A DNA stretch of 64,000 nucleotides from Asterias rubens (Eukaryota), in contig NC_047071.1 in the NCBI RefSeq assembly GCF_902459465.1, positions 19,592,001 through 19,656,000 of the forward strand, given 5' to 3'. The position numbers and the translations under genes are program-made. Below, piece after piece: positions 1 to 13,500 of the stretch. The notes beneath the pieces were generated by a model. It ran no database searches. It saw only the letters and a program-made list of their open reading frames with translations, and had not been told where the DNA came from. Position 1 is the first letter of the stretch, and every line of letters begins with the position of its first letter.

Positions 1-3000
1 TCTATAAGGTCCAAAGGTCTTGTCAAGACATAACTTGAAATTGGTCGAGATGGAAAAGGTATTTTACTTTGATTGCAATCAATTAGGGACTTTTTAAACT
101 CTTTTATTACCGAAGTGGTGGCCGTTTTTAAAACCATTAGAACGTAATTGTTCAGTAAGGTTAGAGGTAAAATACCAAACTAAACACAAGAGCCCGTGGC
201 GTGGATTTTTGAGGTGAGCTCAAACGCCTTTATAAGGCAGAATCATTAAGCCGCAGGTACTGGGGTAAGTGATGCAAGATGATTTAAAAAGCAATCTGTG
301 TATTTGATCGACGCGGAGTGGATTCTGGAGTCCATGATTTCATTATAGTCATCAGGGAGAGTGATTTGGGGTTTGTCGTATAACGACCCCCTCCATACTT
401 CCTCCCGACTCCCCCACCCCCCTACCCTTCATGAATTGATTAAGAAATTGCCACCCTCATGTGGTGAACTAAGCAGGTGGTGTGAAATTGCTCAATGATA
501 TCAAATACAAACCAGAGTCATATGGCCTATCCCTTATAATTGTTGTAAGTGTAACGTACATTTTTTGTATTCTTATGTGCCAATGGAAACTAAATTTCTG
601 TATGTTTATGATGCGGACAATAAAACATTCCAATTTAAAAAATTACAAGAAAATGATCTGCTAAGACTAGTTTCTATATTTGGTTCACAATCTGTCGAAC
701 CTACGAGTAAGCTATAACAGCGTTGTACCTGTTGTGTTGACTAGACTTTCTCGAGACGGGAGTGAATGCAATTTTACAGAACCAAGAATTTAACAAATTA
801 TTGTACCAGCTTTAAAGAAAACTAAACAGGGACAAGAATTATTGCTATCTCACAAAAACCAAGAAACCAATTCTTGCACCAACTCTGGAGGTAATACGGC
901 ACACGTTCTAGTTCAAGACGAATAAGCCCCTAGGTTAGGGGAATATATATAGCTAGATGGTTGTCAGTACCAATAGCAGTATTGCACCATGTAATGGATC
1001 GCAATGAACATCAGGGACGGCTCTATATCATGCAGCATCCAACGATTACAGTTGACAATCTCACATCGTAGCCTCCGTAACCAGCCGTTATTGCAGTAGT
1101 TTCCCTCCAATGTAAAGGTATGTTGTTTGTCACATAATGCTGATTTTGAGGCAAAATTGTCAAGACAGATGTAATGAAAGTCACGTGTGAAATTTTCTGT
1201 TGAATACAGTGTCTTCTTTCGGAGAAAACAACTAAACACTGTCACGGTGGTGTGTTTTCACAAGAACTTTGAATCCTATCCCCGTTCAGCGTGGTGCCCG
1301 ACAAGGGATACCAACAACATCTCTGGCTGTCGCTTTCGAAAACAGACACCAACCCTCAGAAATCTGAAAACGATTCACGCATGAATCATTACTCAGACAG
1401 ATTCAAATGAGTGAACAATTATTCAAACCATTGGAAGTGAATGTTTACTATTAGACAGTTGAAGTGTTCCCATCAGGTAAGTGTTAATGGTTAGTGATTT
1501 TTGAAGAAATTACCAATATATGACCCGACCTATATAGTTGTTTTCTGCACGATGTTTTCTCCGAGCGCGTATTATTTTACGTCACAAAGCCAACCACTCC
1601 GTACAATTTCAAAGTACCCCTGTAGGAGGGTTAAGGTTGGGCTTTCGGGGAGGGGAACCACCCTTATAATAGGGAGGTTTCGCAATTGCGCACGGATACA
1701 GATACGGATATAGATATGATAACAGTATCCGTTCACGTCAGCCGCGCTTTGGATTTTGTTTCACGCAAAATAGGTATGTGTCACGTGAGTAAGTATATAT
1801 ATATTCAAACCGGGACCTATAACAAAAGGGGTCGATAGGGTCCACGGTTTTCTTTAACGTAGCAGTTTCCCGTCGCTAAAAAAACGGTTCAGTAATTAAA
1901 AGAATAAATCACGACGTCATAACCAAGACCTTTATAAATCACAGTAAATTTGTGTTACGTTCGGCTGAGCATTGTAAATTACTAAATGTCCAAGCATATT
2001 GTGGTCATATATTGTGCACTTGCCTGGTTGCATTATTATGGGAGAGGAATTTTAAATCGGTACTGAAACCACTGCCGGTGTGTTTAATGCACAGAGCCAG
2101 TAATATTATTTTCTTTTACAGTACAAAGCAAGTCTTGAATCACGGCCACAAAGGGATCATCTTATCATTTTTTAGTTCTCCAAAAATGCTCTTTCACGAC
2201 ATTTTGCTGCTAGAGAAACAAAGTATGAACAAAACTGGAACAAAACACCAGACTATTTAAATTGATATGTAATTTTCTCGTTATTAAAAAGTAAGCTTGT
2301 GGCACAATGTTATTGCCAGCTTCGCAAAGTTTTCAGGACAGTAAGAGCAATGTTACCAGCAGATTTACAACACCAACTCTACTGTGGACATTCATAAATA
2401 AAAGAAGTTTAGCAACACCAACTATATATACCTTATCTTGTTCAATGAATGTAAAGTATATCAGAGGCATTGACTAGTTCTCGATCTTGGATCGTTAAGA
2501 ATTCAACAAGGCTACCATTAAGTAAAACTAGTAATATACATGTTGATTCACAATCTTTGTTTTCAAAGATGACGCAATGATAACCCGTTTTTGCAACCCT
2601 TTCGGGTGATAGTCAGTCAATTATGTGACCTATTATACAAACCTCGCGCAACACAACAGCTGAAATGCTTCATTGTTTCGTATCTTGTTTGACTAATGTT
2701 GATATTAATCATGATATTGCCCTCCATTGTGTGACCTCTGCTCAAGGAGTTATTCGTTTGTATTAGTAATAGGTGATATCTTTCATCTGTCTCCAGCGCA
2801 TGTATGCAAAGACTACGTGCAAACAGGGGACATTTCTTTTTCAAGTCTTAGTTTTGCATAGAGATACCATTTATATAAATAAACCAAACATTCACGTAAA
2901 GGTTTACTTGTCAAGTTTTGAACTGTTTCTTTGTTTTTCTGATGATATTTGATAGTTTCTATGAATTAACAGAACATGAAGAAATGTGATTTTGTTGTTG

Positions 3001-5238
3001 TTGTTATGTTCAAGCTTATTTTTTTATTAACACCATTCTTAATTTCTTTTCAAATGATTAATGTTCCAGAAATAAAAAATGTAAAAAGAAAAGCAGCTTA
3101 TAATGATGACAAAAAAGTTAGTCGAAAATTTAGTCGAAAGAGCATTGATATTTCAGCGAATATTAATGTGAAGGTCCAATATCCAATATCAAACTATTTT
3201 TTTTGCATGAGTTTTGTTTTGCGATTTAGGTAAAATTAAAAACAAACAGCAGAAACAAACAAACCCATGACTCAGTCGCACAAATTAACTCGGTTTTTTC
3301 AGAAGACCAAACCCTCGAGGTTTGATGACATTTGCACAAGCCTCTGCTTATGAAGGTTGTGTCTTATCCATGCGCATCGGCACCCATAGCTAAGGCTGAC
3401 TCCACAAAATCACTTATAGTTAATAACCAATTAAGTTTGAAACCAAATATTGTCATTTTGTGCATAGTCCATCTTCGCAAGCAAACAGACAGAATCACTT
3501 GTTATGAAGAAACTTCGTGCAGCCTGTTCAGCCATTTGAATCAATGGAACAAATGAAGGCCTTTTGATGAAATAAAACAGTTTCCAATAAAGAACAAGAA
3601 AAATACATGTCTGAACATCTTCGGAAGAGAAACAGATTCAAGAAGATGTAATCATTTTATGTTTTTGATTGTTGCAAACAGCGCGTTCTAGTTTTGAATG
3701 TAATTTGACATTAATACATTCACATGGACAATGGTGTTATTTGAAAAAAAAGAAATGAAATGAGTTTGCTCTTCCAAAAAACACTGACATAATGGCGCAT
3801 GAAGAAGCGGTCGCCATTAATGTTTTGAAAATACGCACCTTTATCTTAACACGGCTACATTCACAACGACTGAAACATGTACGTAACAGAGCCGCAATTC
3901 GCCCTAGCTTATTGTGTTTTGTTAACTGTTTAAAGATGCTTTGTCAGATTTTTGGCCAATTTGACCCCAAAATTTTGGTTTAAAATTCAAGGTATTTTGA
4001 TTGTTAGTAGCAGAAAAAAAAAATTGCAGAGGGTTATCACGGGGAGTAAACAATGCAAGAGAGAGTGAATTGAAACCTTTATTTCGACACATTTTTTTCG
4101 CCGAGCTAGTTTCTATGTGCTAAGGGGCTTTCCCCGTCGTCCACAGATGAACAATTATTTATAGGTGTCTTAAGTTGACGTCACATAACTATCTTCCACC
4201 CATGGTATGCCATATTGGGAGTCAAATTGCATGTTAAGATATAGCGCGTGTCTAAAACCGCATGCAAACTGCACATTAGAATTGCCATCCTCAAAAATGC
4301 TCCTGATTGGTAGTTGATCCATTTAGAAAGAAAAAAAATACATAGAAATCACATCGACAGTGGCGATTTGGTTAAGTGCAGAAAAATTGCAAATCGCCCA
4401 CACGTTGCATCACGGCGAGTATAACCCGATCCCAAAATGGAACAACTACATTTCATAAATGTATGCTGAGTGAGTACAACAGACGAATTGGGTCAATACA
4501 TAATTCTGAAATAAAATAACTATGTGGAAACAATGCATGACGTCGTAAACAGTTGCCGAAAGAGTCTATGCACTTTTCATCAAAGCGAACATCATTCCGT
4601 AACGAGACAGTGTTCCGGTTAAAATGAATAGCCGGAAACGCCGGAACGTCCGTTGATATACCTACAAGTTTAAAGGGACTGTACGGGCAATTCGTGATGC
4701 AGAACCACAGTTTTATCTTTCGTAACTAAACACATGCAAACACTTGTTACTAGACTCCAAATGAGGCCTCCAAAAGATTTAACGTAAAGCTCGAATTGAG
4801 CAATGACACGGGGAACCACGCCCGACTCCAAAATCAAGAATAAATGAAAGAAGAAAGACAAACACAAGCTTTGCCTTGTTTATATAGGAATATAGGGAGC
4901 CCTTGGGGCATCTCCTGCATATTTGTCCCACTAAACCACTAAACTTAAATAATAATATCTGCCCCTACCACATGTAACAAGACGGTGCTATGCTAATGCA
5001 TACCAGAGATACTCCTACAATGTTACTTTAAATGTTGATAGCCGCCCCAAAAAGAACCTGTTGACATCACATTACACCCCTCCCACTTTATCCCTCATGA
5101 TTCGTTGGGTGTGTTTTCCCAAACTCTTAAGGGTCTTGATTCTATCTCTGATAAAGAAGGAACATTTGACGAAAGTGTTTTGTAGCATCTCTTGTCAAAC
5201 TACTGTAACTTGTAAAGGACATAGATGGTGAAGTCAAT

Positions 5239-5376
5239 GTGGAAGGGATGTCATCATAATGCCGTGTTATAATTGGAAGGGATGACATCATAATGCCGTG
5301 TTGTAATTGGAAGGGATGGCATCATAATGCCGTGTTATAATAGGAAGGGATGGCACCATAATGCCGTGTTATCATT
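5239..5376. repeat. 34-bp minisatellite, 4 units
   Basis: ggaagggatg(t/a/g)ca(t/c)cataatgccgtgtt(a/g)taat(t/a) at 5241, 5275, 5309 and 5343. Confidence 0.95.
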
Positions 5377-7254
5377 GAAACCGACTTGTGTGCATGCCTC
5401 TTCAACACGTAGGTTGTAACAAATTTACTGAAGGCAGGATAAACACCTTTAAGTGTAGCTTTGTTGGCATCAATATCAGACGTGTTAGGCGAGTCAGCCT
5501 TTGGCTTCTGTTCTACCTGATGTAGGTGGACAATATGCAGCACCTTCTCTCTACAGATCATTTTTCAATTTCAGGACGGGGATTGTCGTTACACGGTCGT
5601 GTCAACAGCTTGATGCCGTAGGTGACATGTGACCAGGATTCGGCCTATCATTTATGGCTCTAGGAAATCACAGTCGGCTTTGATTGGTATCATTTTGTAG
5701 CAGTTAGTAAAGTGGACAATTATCCTCGTATAAATAAAAAATGCGTCCGCCCCCACCCCCCTCCCCCCTAAAAATAGAAACATATATATACATATAGGTC
5801 AGAAGATCCGGTTTGGATCGAAAACTAAGACCGTCTCCCCTATATGCAGGAGTTGGTCTCATGTTTCAAACGTAATCCTACATACCTTGCAGGAAAATAC
5901 TAAACGTTAAAGAGCCTTGAGCGTCACTGATTGACGGATATGCGTGCTATAAAAGAAACCACAACTAATATTATTATGAAAATGTTAACTAATAGTTTTA
6001 AAGTGTAGGCCTACAACTACAGTAAGGAAGATCGCTTTAGCTTTCGATCCAAATCGCACCCTATCCTAAAACCAACACCGTTCCGTTTTCATAAAGAATT
6101 GACAAGCATTAACATCATCATGAAATGTTGAAATTACTCATTATATCCCGCATTCAGGTATATGGCTACACCAAGTTAACTTAGTTTCAGTAGTTTCCAG
6201 ATCTGCAATCAGATTAAATACAAAACTATTTAATCACCACGTCCTTTATCTAAAAAAAATCTAATAAACAATTCAATAATAACATTAAAATAAATACATA
6301 AATAAATAAACAATTACAAACAAATATGTATCAAAACAAAACAAAAACTTCATTAAAAACTACACCAAAAACTACAGCAACAAGAGCGTCCACTTTCGAG
6401 TTGCCTCTGTGGATATTGTATCAAGAACAATTATTTTATGCAACTCGTGCAATTTATTCGGTTCAAGGCTTGAATTAATACAATTGATTTTATTTTTTAT
6501 TTTATCTCGACCCAATTTGTTTTAATTAATTTGATTAAAAAACTCAAATGAAATTAAAAAACCATCTTACTTTGGTTTGAAATCCAAGTTTTTCCTCCTA
6601 TGGTAGAAATCATAATTATATCTGTGTAATGATGTTACTGTTTATTTTCTAAGGGGCGAGCCCGAACTTGACTAGATATTGTTTATTGTGTAAATGATTG
6701 ACATACAATAACACATCGCCACTTGAAATGCTTTAGACTTGAAAGGAACCGCTTCATACAGGATTATAAAAGTGTTTAACAAAAACAGTAAGTAAAAAAA
6801 AACCGCCTCCGGTTTTGCATTATCTTTTCATAATTTGTTTTTATTGAAGTGGGAATTCCCTTTCTTTCGTTTTATATAAAGACATATATGACCATGTCAC
6901 CTTTCTGCAAAGTAGATACGGGTGGTCGAAAATAAACATTTTACTCTTTTCATAAGCTTCACATCGAATTTGCGCATTTACACGACGATAGGCAAAAATG
7001 GCTTCCATCGCATGACGCAAGTGCGTTTGTGCGTTTGTCTCGTGCACAACTCTTCGGCTTTTCCAAATCGATAGTGTATGTGCTTATGCGTGAATGTAAT
7101 CAGCATATTTCATCGGATGAGCAATGGTGATTTTTGTATTCAAATTGACAATCTCTCACATCAGTCTTTCGGATGAATATACTTGTCTGGAGAATTGATA
7201 GACAGTATAAAATTAATGTAGAACACAAAAATGATATGGGCTTGAACCAAGAAA

Positions 7255-7340
7255 AAGTAGGACTTGAACCAATGACATCCGTATTAACATACCGGTATTC
7301 TACCATGAGCTATCCAGCCATATGATGATGGTCTCCCTTG
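7255..7340 (-). mobile_element. tRNA-derived SINE head (different family)
   Basis: Minus strand: ggctggatagctcatggtaga (A box) ...gttaa... ggttcaagtcc (B box). The stems are degenerate. Confidence 0.6.
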
Positions 7341-9206
7341 TGGTTTATTATTTGAAATAAATGAGCTTGCAGACTGGAACTAATCCAAACATCCTGTTCT
7401 GACATTGACATTTTTCAGCGTAAATAATTATCGGTTTGAAGCCCTTTTTGGTCTACCGAAAAAACATTTTAAACATTAAAAAAGCGAACTGGCTAGTGCC
7501 AGATATTGACTATTAAACATTGTTGTGTTATTTTACCGTTTTTGTTGTTGAAGATATGTATTAATGGAGTCGACTAAGTCCACACACGTAATCTGGCGGT
7601 GATTCAGCTGCAATGACTTGAATAGTTTGGGTTAAACTGCCAGGAATGAGTGATTCTGGTATGACGTCATGAGTATCAGAGCGACACGTTGCATGCATCA
7701 GGCGGGTTTACGTGCGCAGCTAGCAGTAGGTCTAGCGAGAACAGTCTTCATCAGAGTCGGCAACCATACCGCATGGGTCGGACGGATACCCAGGATATCT
7801 CAGTTGAACTGCGGTTAGAAACCAAGAAGATTCCTACACAGTCAGTCTAGCCTCCGACTCCAACAGTTGTTTCGTGAATACTTCTGCATTGACTCCCCGT
7901 TGCAGGTAAAAGCAATTTTGGAATGCGAATCTGGATTGAAGTTTGCTGATATTACCTACGTAGCTTATCAATATTGCACCAGTTGGATAGCTGATGAAAC
8001 GCAACGCAGTAAGTTTTTTTCTTTCTCTTGTTCTAAGTTTGCTTACTTTTACTTTAACTTGTACTACATGAGCCGTTAATTATACTAATGAACAAATCTC
8101 AATCAAGCTTATCAAGAAACAATTAATGAACAATCTTTATATGTCTGGAGAAAGGCTGCCCTTCTTACAGGCACACCAAGTTCTCTTATCCCGGCAACAA
8201 AAGGTCGCACGCGTTACAATGGCCTCTGACAAAAACAAAAGTTTGCTGCAATTTACCCAAAATACACAATTCCAACTTCCATGCAAAATTTAACCTGCTT
8301 TTTTTTTACTTACGAATGACTTAAAAAACGATCATACTTTCACGCAGATCAGTTTTTCTAAAACATAATTTTGCACACAAATTTCCTACGCCACTTTCCG
8401 GTAAAACTTTCGGATTACGTTCCATTTCCTTGCGCACGACAAAAACCTTTTTTTCTCCAAAACAGAGTTGTCTCCGGGAAACAATATTATGATTCTGAAA
8501 TGAATCACGATCTAGAGCAATCGATTTTTACCCAGGCAAATACCCTGAGGGGCGAAAAGCTCACCACCCACGTAAGAAAGAATAAACCATCTTGAACTTT
8601 TTCTAAATGTTTACTCACTGGATGTTTGGAAAGAAATCCCTTAATGGCTGTGTCACGATGGATACGGTAAGGTGTTAGATTTTACTTTCACGATTTGATA
8701 CAGATGCCTTCGCTTTTAAGTGACTCTCAGATGTTTTGCCGACAACTTAAATAATCATGAACTGTAAACAAGAGAAGACTGTTATTGAGCTCTTTCACAA
8801 TTGTATTTTTGCAGCAAATATCTACTTAAAATGTTTGGTCTTACACCAGAAAAACGCTCATATTTGAAAAACGGGAGGGTCCTGTTTTACCAATTCCAGT
8901 TCAATTAAATTCAAATCGACATTTATTTCCATATTGCAAAATGTTCATGTGTACAAGTAATTAAATTCAGTTTACTGAACAAAGATAAATAACTACTAGA
9001 ATGACAATCATATGAGACACAATGAAATATAGACAAATAAGGAAGCATATTCCAAAGGCAATGTCAACAACAACACAGTGGACTTCTGAACCAAAATACC
9101 ACAATACGGCCCCAGTACATTTCTGATCTCGAATTCAGCCATGCCAAAGCGCGAGCAAGCTTTTTGCCTTGTTGGCACAGATCTGCATTATTGTGAATAT
9201 TTGAGC

Positions 9207-9760
9207 TTAAAGTCACCTTGAAGTGGTATTTTTTCAAAATAAAGCTTTTGTCACTAATACATGTGTTTTGATGAGTGGAATGTGAATAAACAGTTAACTA
9301 AGGTTTTAAAAAATCAGTTGTTATGTTATTTACAAATTTAAGAGTAGACCCCGACCCGAGAGGGCGCTGTTCGTGACGTCAATCGAGGCAGACTTTGCCT
9401 GTAATGCGTAGAGTAAACACAATTGCAAAGTACATGTACGGACCAAGTCGTGAGTTTGTACGTTTAAAAAAAAATATTTTTTTTTTCCGGCAATGCCGAC
9501 CAGGTGTATTGCTGCTGAATGCAGAAAAAAACACTTTTTGAAATGTACCAACTCACGACTTGGACGTACATGTACTTTGCACGTATGTTTACTATACGCA
9601 TTGCAGGCAAAGTCTGCCACGATTGACGTCACAAAAGGGGTAGGCGGAGTCAGCCCCCAAACAACTTTAGACTAACAATTACTAAAAAATGTGTTTTATT
9701 GTTCGTAAGCATACACTCTTATGTTTGAAAAAAAAAAATTATATTTCCAGGTGACTTTAA
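9207..9760. mobile_element. TTAA-flanked MITE (Kolobok-like) with a long internal inverted repeat
   Basis: ttaa|agtcaccttgaagt ... atttccaggtgact|ttaa: TTAA on both sides, termini AG...CT. Internal ~87-bp inverted arms at about 9373-9459 and 9546-9631. Confidence 0.85.
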
Positions 9761-9824
9761 TCCGTTGCGTGTGACAATACTACAAATTAGTCGTGTTTAC
9801 TGATAAATACAGCTAGAGAGGTTT

Positions 9825-9885
9825 TGCATCTGATGAAGTAGTTGTTGCTACGAAAGATCACTCTGTTGCTATGAAAGTCCATGCA
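9825..9885 (+). ncRNA. Hammerhead-like motif with intact core boxes and stem II but disrupted stem III
   Basis: tgcat-CTGATGA-a-GTAG-ttgttg-CTAC-GAAA-g...atgca. A short internal duplication (gttgcta(c/t)gaaag) disrupts the cleavage site. Confidence 0.4.
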
Positions 9886-10141
9886 TTTTTTATGAAAGTA
9901 GTTATAGTCTTTAAGTGGCACCTTTATCTTTCTTTTATCCGTTGTGCGAGTCAGAAGAAGAATCGAAAACGATGTACAGTTTATGAATATAAATACATTG
10001 TGGTTGCAACAACTGAAATCAGCAGTTGGTTCTTTTTAGGTTTCCTCAGATACAGTTTTTTCCCGAATATGACTTCAATTCAGAGTGGAATATTTTAAAC
10101 AGAATTGTTGTTTATACTACCACCTTGATGATCAGTATTAA

Positions 10142-10479
10142 TTAAAGGAACACGTTGCCTTGGACCGGTCGAGTGTGTCTTTGAAAAGCGTTTGGAACCG
10201 TTTTTTTTATAAAATGCATACTTTATGGTTGGAAAGATGTTTTAAAAGTAGAATAAAATGATCCACACAAAAATTAATATGCGTCGAAATTGCGTGGTTT
10301 TCTTTTTACCTTGTCGAGTACCTTGGTCGGCCATTTATGGGAGTCATATTTTGACTCCCATAAATGGCCGACCGTGTTAGTTCGCAAAGCAAAGGAAAAC
10401 CACGCAATTTTGAGGCAAATTGTACAAAGGCTTTTTTATTCTGCCAACTCGTCCTATTCAAGGCAGCTTGTTTTTTTTT
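10142..10479. mobile_element. TTAA-type MITE (second family) with a degenerate right TIR and a central perfect hairpin
   Basis: Left end ttaa|aggaacacgttgccttggaccggtcgag. The right end gccaactcgtcctattcaaggcagcttg (10443-10470) is its degenerate reverse complement. There is a 22-bp perfect stem ggtcggccatttatgggagtca/tgactcccataaatggccgacc at 10325-10373. Confidence 0.75.
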
Positions 10480-10539
10480 ATTGATACTTAATTTAAGTCC
10501 GAAAGCTTAAAAGCTATCGGACTTAAATTAAGTATCAAT
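10480..10539. repeat. 60-bp near-perfect palindrome
   Basis: attgatacttaatttaagtccga (10480-10502) / tcggacttaaattaagtatcaat (10517-10539), with an inner agct/agct pair. Confidence 0.9.
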
Positions 10540-13500
10540 CAAAGGATAGTCGTGATATAAATTGAAAACAAATTTGAAGCTCTTGAATGCGGTGTTGCGT
10601 TTCATAATTATCGCATATAGATTCAATGAATAGTAATATATAATTATGGTTTTAAGTGAAGTCTCGGGTTAACCTTATAAACCAGACCACCCCCCACTGA
10701 GATTTTCTCCTCGTCAAACCAGTTCGACCTCGCAAAGAATTATTACCTCCCTAGTTTATCCCCAGTGGCGGGGAAACAAATGTGACTTCAACTACATATA
10801 TCAATTTGATGTCCCCTGCCGTCGGCACAATGTATAATTCAGTTCAACCGAGCGAAACCTCGGTGATTTATTCTACTTTATGCATATTGTACGACAACAT
10901 TTTTTAAATACATATTTTTTTTGTTTTGTTTGCATGTTGCAACTGCTGGTTTTGAGGTATTTTGTTTTGCTCCGAGTGGTTGATTTTAGATTGTTGTAAT
11001 GGGAGTCATAGCCAAAGGGAGTTGGATATGGAACTCGACTATGGCGACAATGAAACTATGTCGTTATTACACAGTATATAAAAGTTAAGTGCACAGAGCG
11101 TGTTGACAACGCTAACATGGTAACTTTAGGCGTTGTTTTTGCAAGGGGATGAAGTTTCATCTTTTGAATATTTATTTATTGGATGTCAGTGAATCTAGAA
11201 TATCAAATACTATGGTAACCTTTTGGACTATAATGGAATGTATTGACGGATGGCAAGGCTGTTGCTGTCAACTTCTCTCAACGTACTGTTGTGTTATTGT
11301 ATTACTTTTCGGCGAGAATAATCGGGAAAACACATGACGAATTTCCAACGTGTACTTTTGATCAAACCACAAACTTGATCCAGATTATTTTTAGGGTGAC
11401 ATTTTTTCCCCGACTAGACCACAGCCGTGTCATAAAAAATGTAAATCAACACTTCTCACTCAATGTCAACTCGAAATAAACACAACATAAGGTGTGCACA
11501 AACCCCCCTGATAGAGAAACTTGAACCATAAATGATGTGGTTTTCCCGATGTTTTTCTTAAAGGTAAAGTACTATTCGTTTTTTGAGCCGTTCGACTATT
11601 TTTATTCTGTATATTAATATAGATATATGAACAAAACTGACATGTGAACAATTCATTTCAAAAGTTCGCGTTAGATATCGCCGACAATCTGGAGTGGTTG
11701 AGAATAATCCGTAATGAATACACCATTTGAGAATCGTATAAAACCTGACAGCATAACTTGTCTCTTGCTTATTCAAATTTGTGGGATTAAAAACCATTTT
11801 CCATTTACCACATTGCTCCGAAGTAAAATTATTCTCAATATACTTTATCCTATCATAATTTGCCATTGATTAAAATTCTGACAGATGGTGCTGGTTTAAA
11901 CCATATTCAACGCAGAAAGTACATACAAGAATAAACAAGTTTGTACGTTGCTGATGGGCGTGACATTGCTCCGAAATGGTTCTCAACATGTTTAAGTCTA
12001 CCAAAAGCTGATGTACTTTTAGTTTTCCACTAATTTAAAGACTAATTAAAATGAACTTTTTTTAACAGATGGTGTTGTTTAAGGCCAAGTTAAATACAGA
12101 AAGTATATACAAAATTGCTTGATTGCTCCGAATTTAATGATTTCGGCCATGACACCTCCGTTTCGTACAGTGCCTTAACTATAGCTAATAGCCTTTTTGA
12201 ATCTAAAACTAAAATAAAGATAATACAAACATTTTAAGCGCATTTCCCCCATTTTTGACAACGCGCTAATGAAGATTTAGCTACTTAAAAATCGAATCAA
12301 GTGTGCAATGTGCAAACAAGGGTTACATTTTATAGCAGGACAATTGTTTTCAGAGCTGAGAAGTCTCCCGAACCCCCATCTACTCCGCGGTAGTAAAATA
12401 AAGCAAGACAGTTCTCTAAGAACAAACTCTACCTGGCAGGTAGATACACACATGGTGTTACCGCAAACCAAATATACATACATTGTATTTGTACGGGTGG
12501 GTTTGATGCGTTTTAGAGAAATCAGAGAACTGGAACAAGTTTACTTAATCCTCCAAAAATAGTACGAACATAAGTTCCGACGTTACATCGGCCTTGATGT
12601 ATTTTATATTATATATGAATAATTATTGCTGTTTTTAAATTTAAATTTACGTTATTCGTGGGACTTTTCACAATGTGGATCACTTTTCCAGACCAACATG
12701 CGTGACACAACCGACAAAACTGTCGACCAAAACTATGAGCTAATAATATGTCTTAAACAAAGTCCACGTATGACCAGTTATATTCGATCCATTAAGTTCA
12801 TCAACAAGTTATCATCGACTAAAAACGGTTGTCGGTATAATTGGGCCGAATAACCAACTCGATCAAATATGAAACATTTCGACATAATTAAAAAAAAACC
12901 CAGGCGATTCGTAGATGGGTTTCATTTTACAGATTCGTTAGTTTGACAAAAATATCACAATCTGCAGATTAACAACTTGAAAGAATCGTCGTCATTGTTT
13001 CATTAACCATTCCAGTTTCAGAATAAAGTACAACACAAACAATATTGGTATAATTTTGATGTCATTGGTATTTAAAATTGTTAAGATTTGTTCACTTCCC
13101 TGCAGAAGTTTCAACCCCTATGTCTCTCTTTAAAACTCCTCTGTATTTACGTCACAATGTCAACATGTATTATGTTTAAATGGATATGTGACGAATGACA
13201 ACGACCAATGGCCTTCTCAGTTTCACTACGTTCTTGTAATTTGACGCCATTTGCCTTTTTTGAAGTGATTAAAAGCAATTTATAAAAATTATCGCGATAT
13301 AATTTTTAAGTTTTTGAAAGCGATGACAGGTTCAAGAGATTCGATGGTTCGGACCGTGAATCAGTCGAGAAACCGACAAAAAACTTCTGTTTCAAAGACT
13401 TGATCCAATTATGTAAATGCATTCACATGAAATGACATTTTACATGAGCATTACTATTAATTAGGCCTATTTTAAAAAATATATAAAAAACTAATAAAAA

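Noticed and set aside
7640-7912. Promoter or first exon (TGACGTCA site, GC-richer stretch, possible donor)
   Set aside because: Short motifs like these occur many times in the window, so it is not supportable without transcript data.
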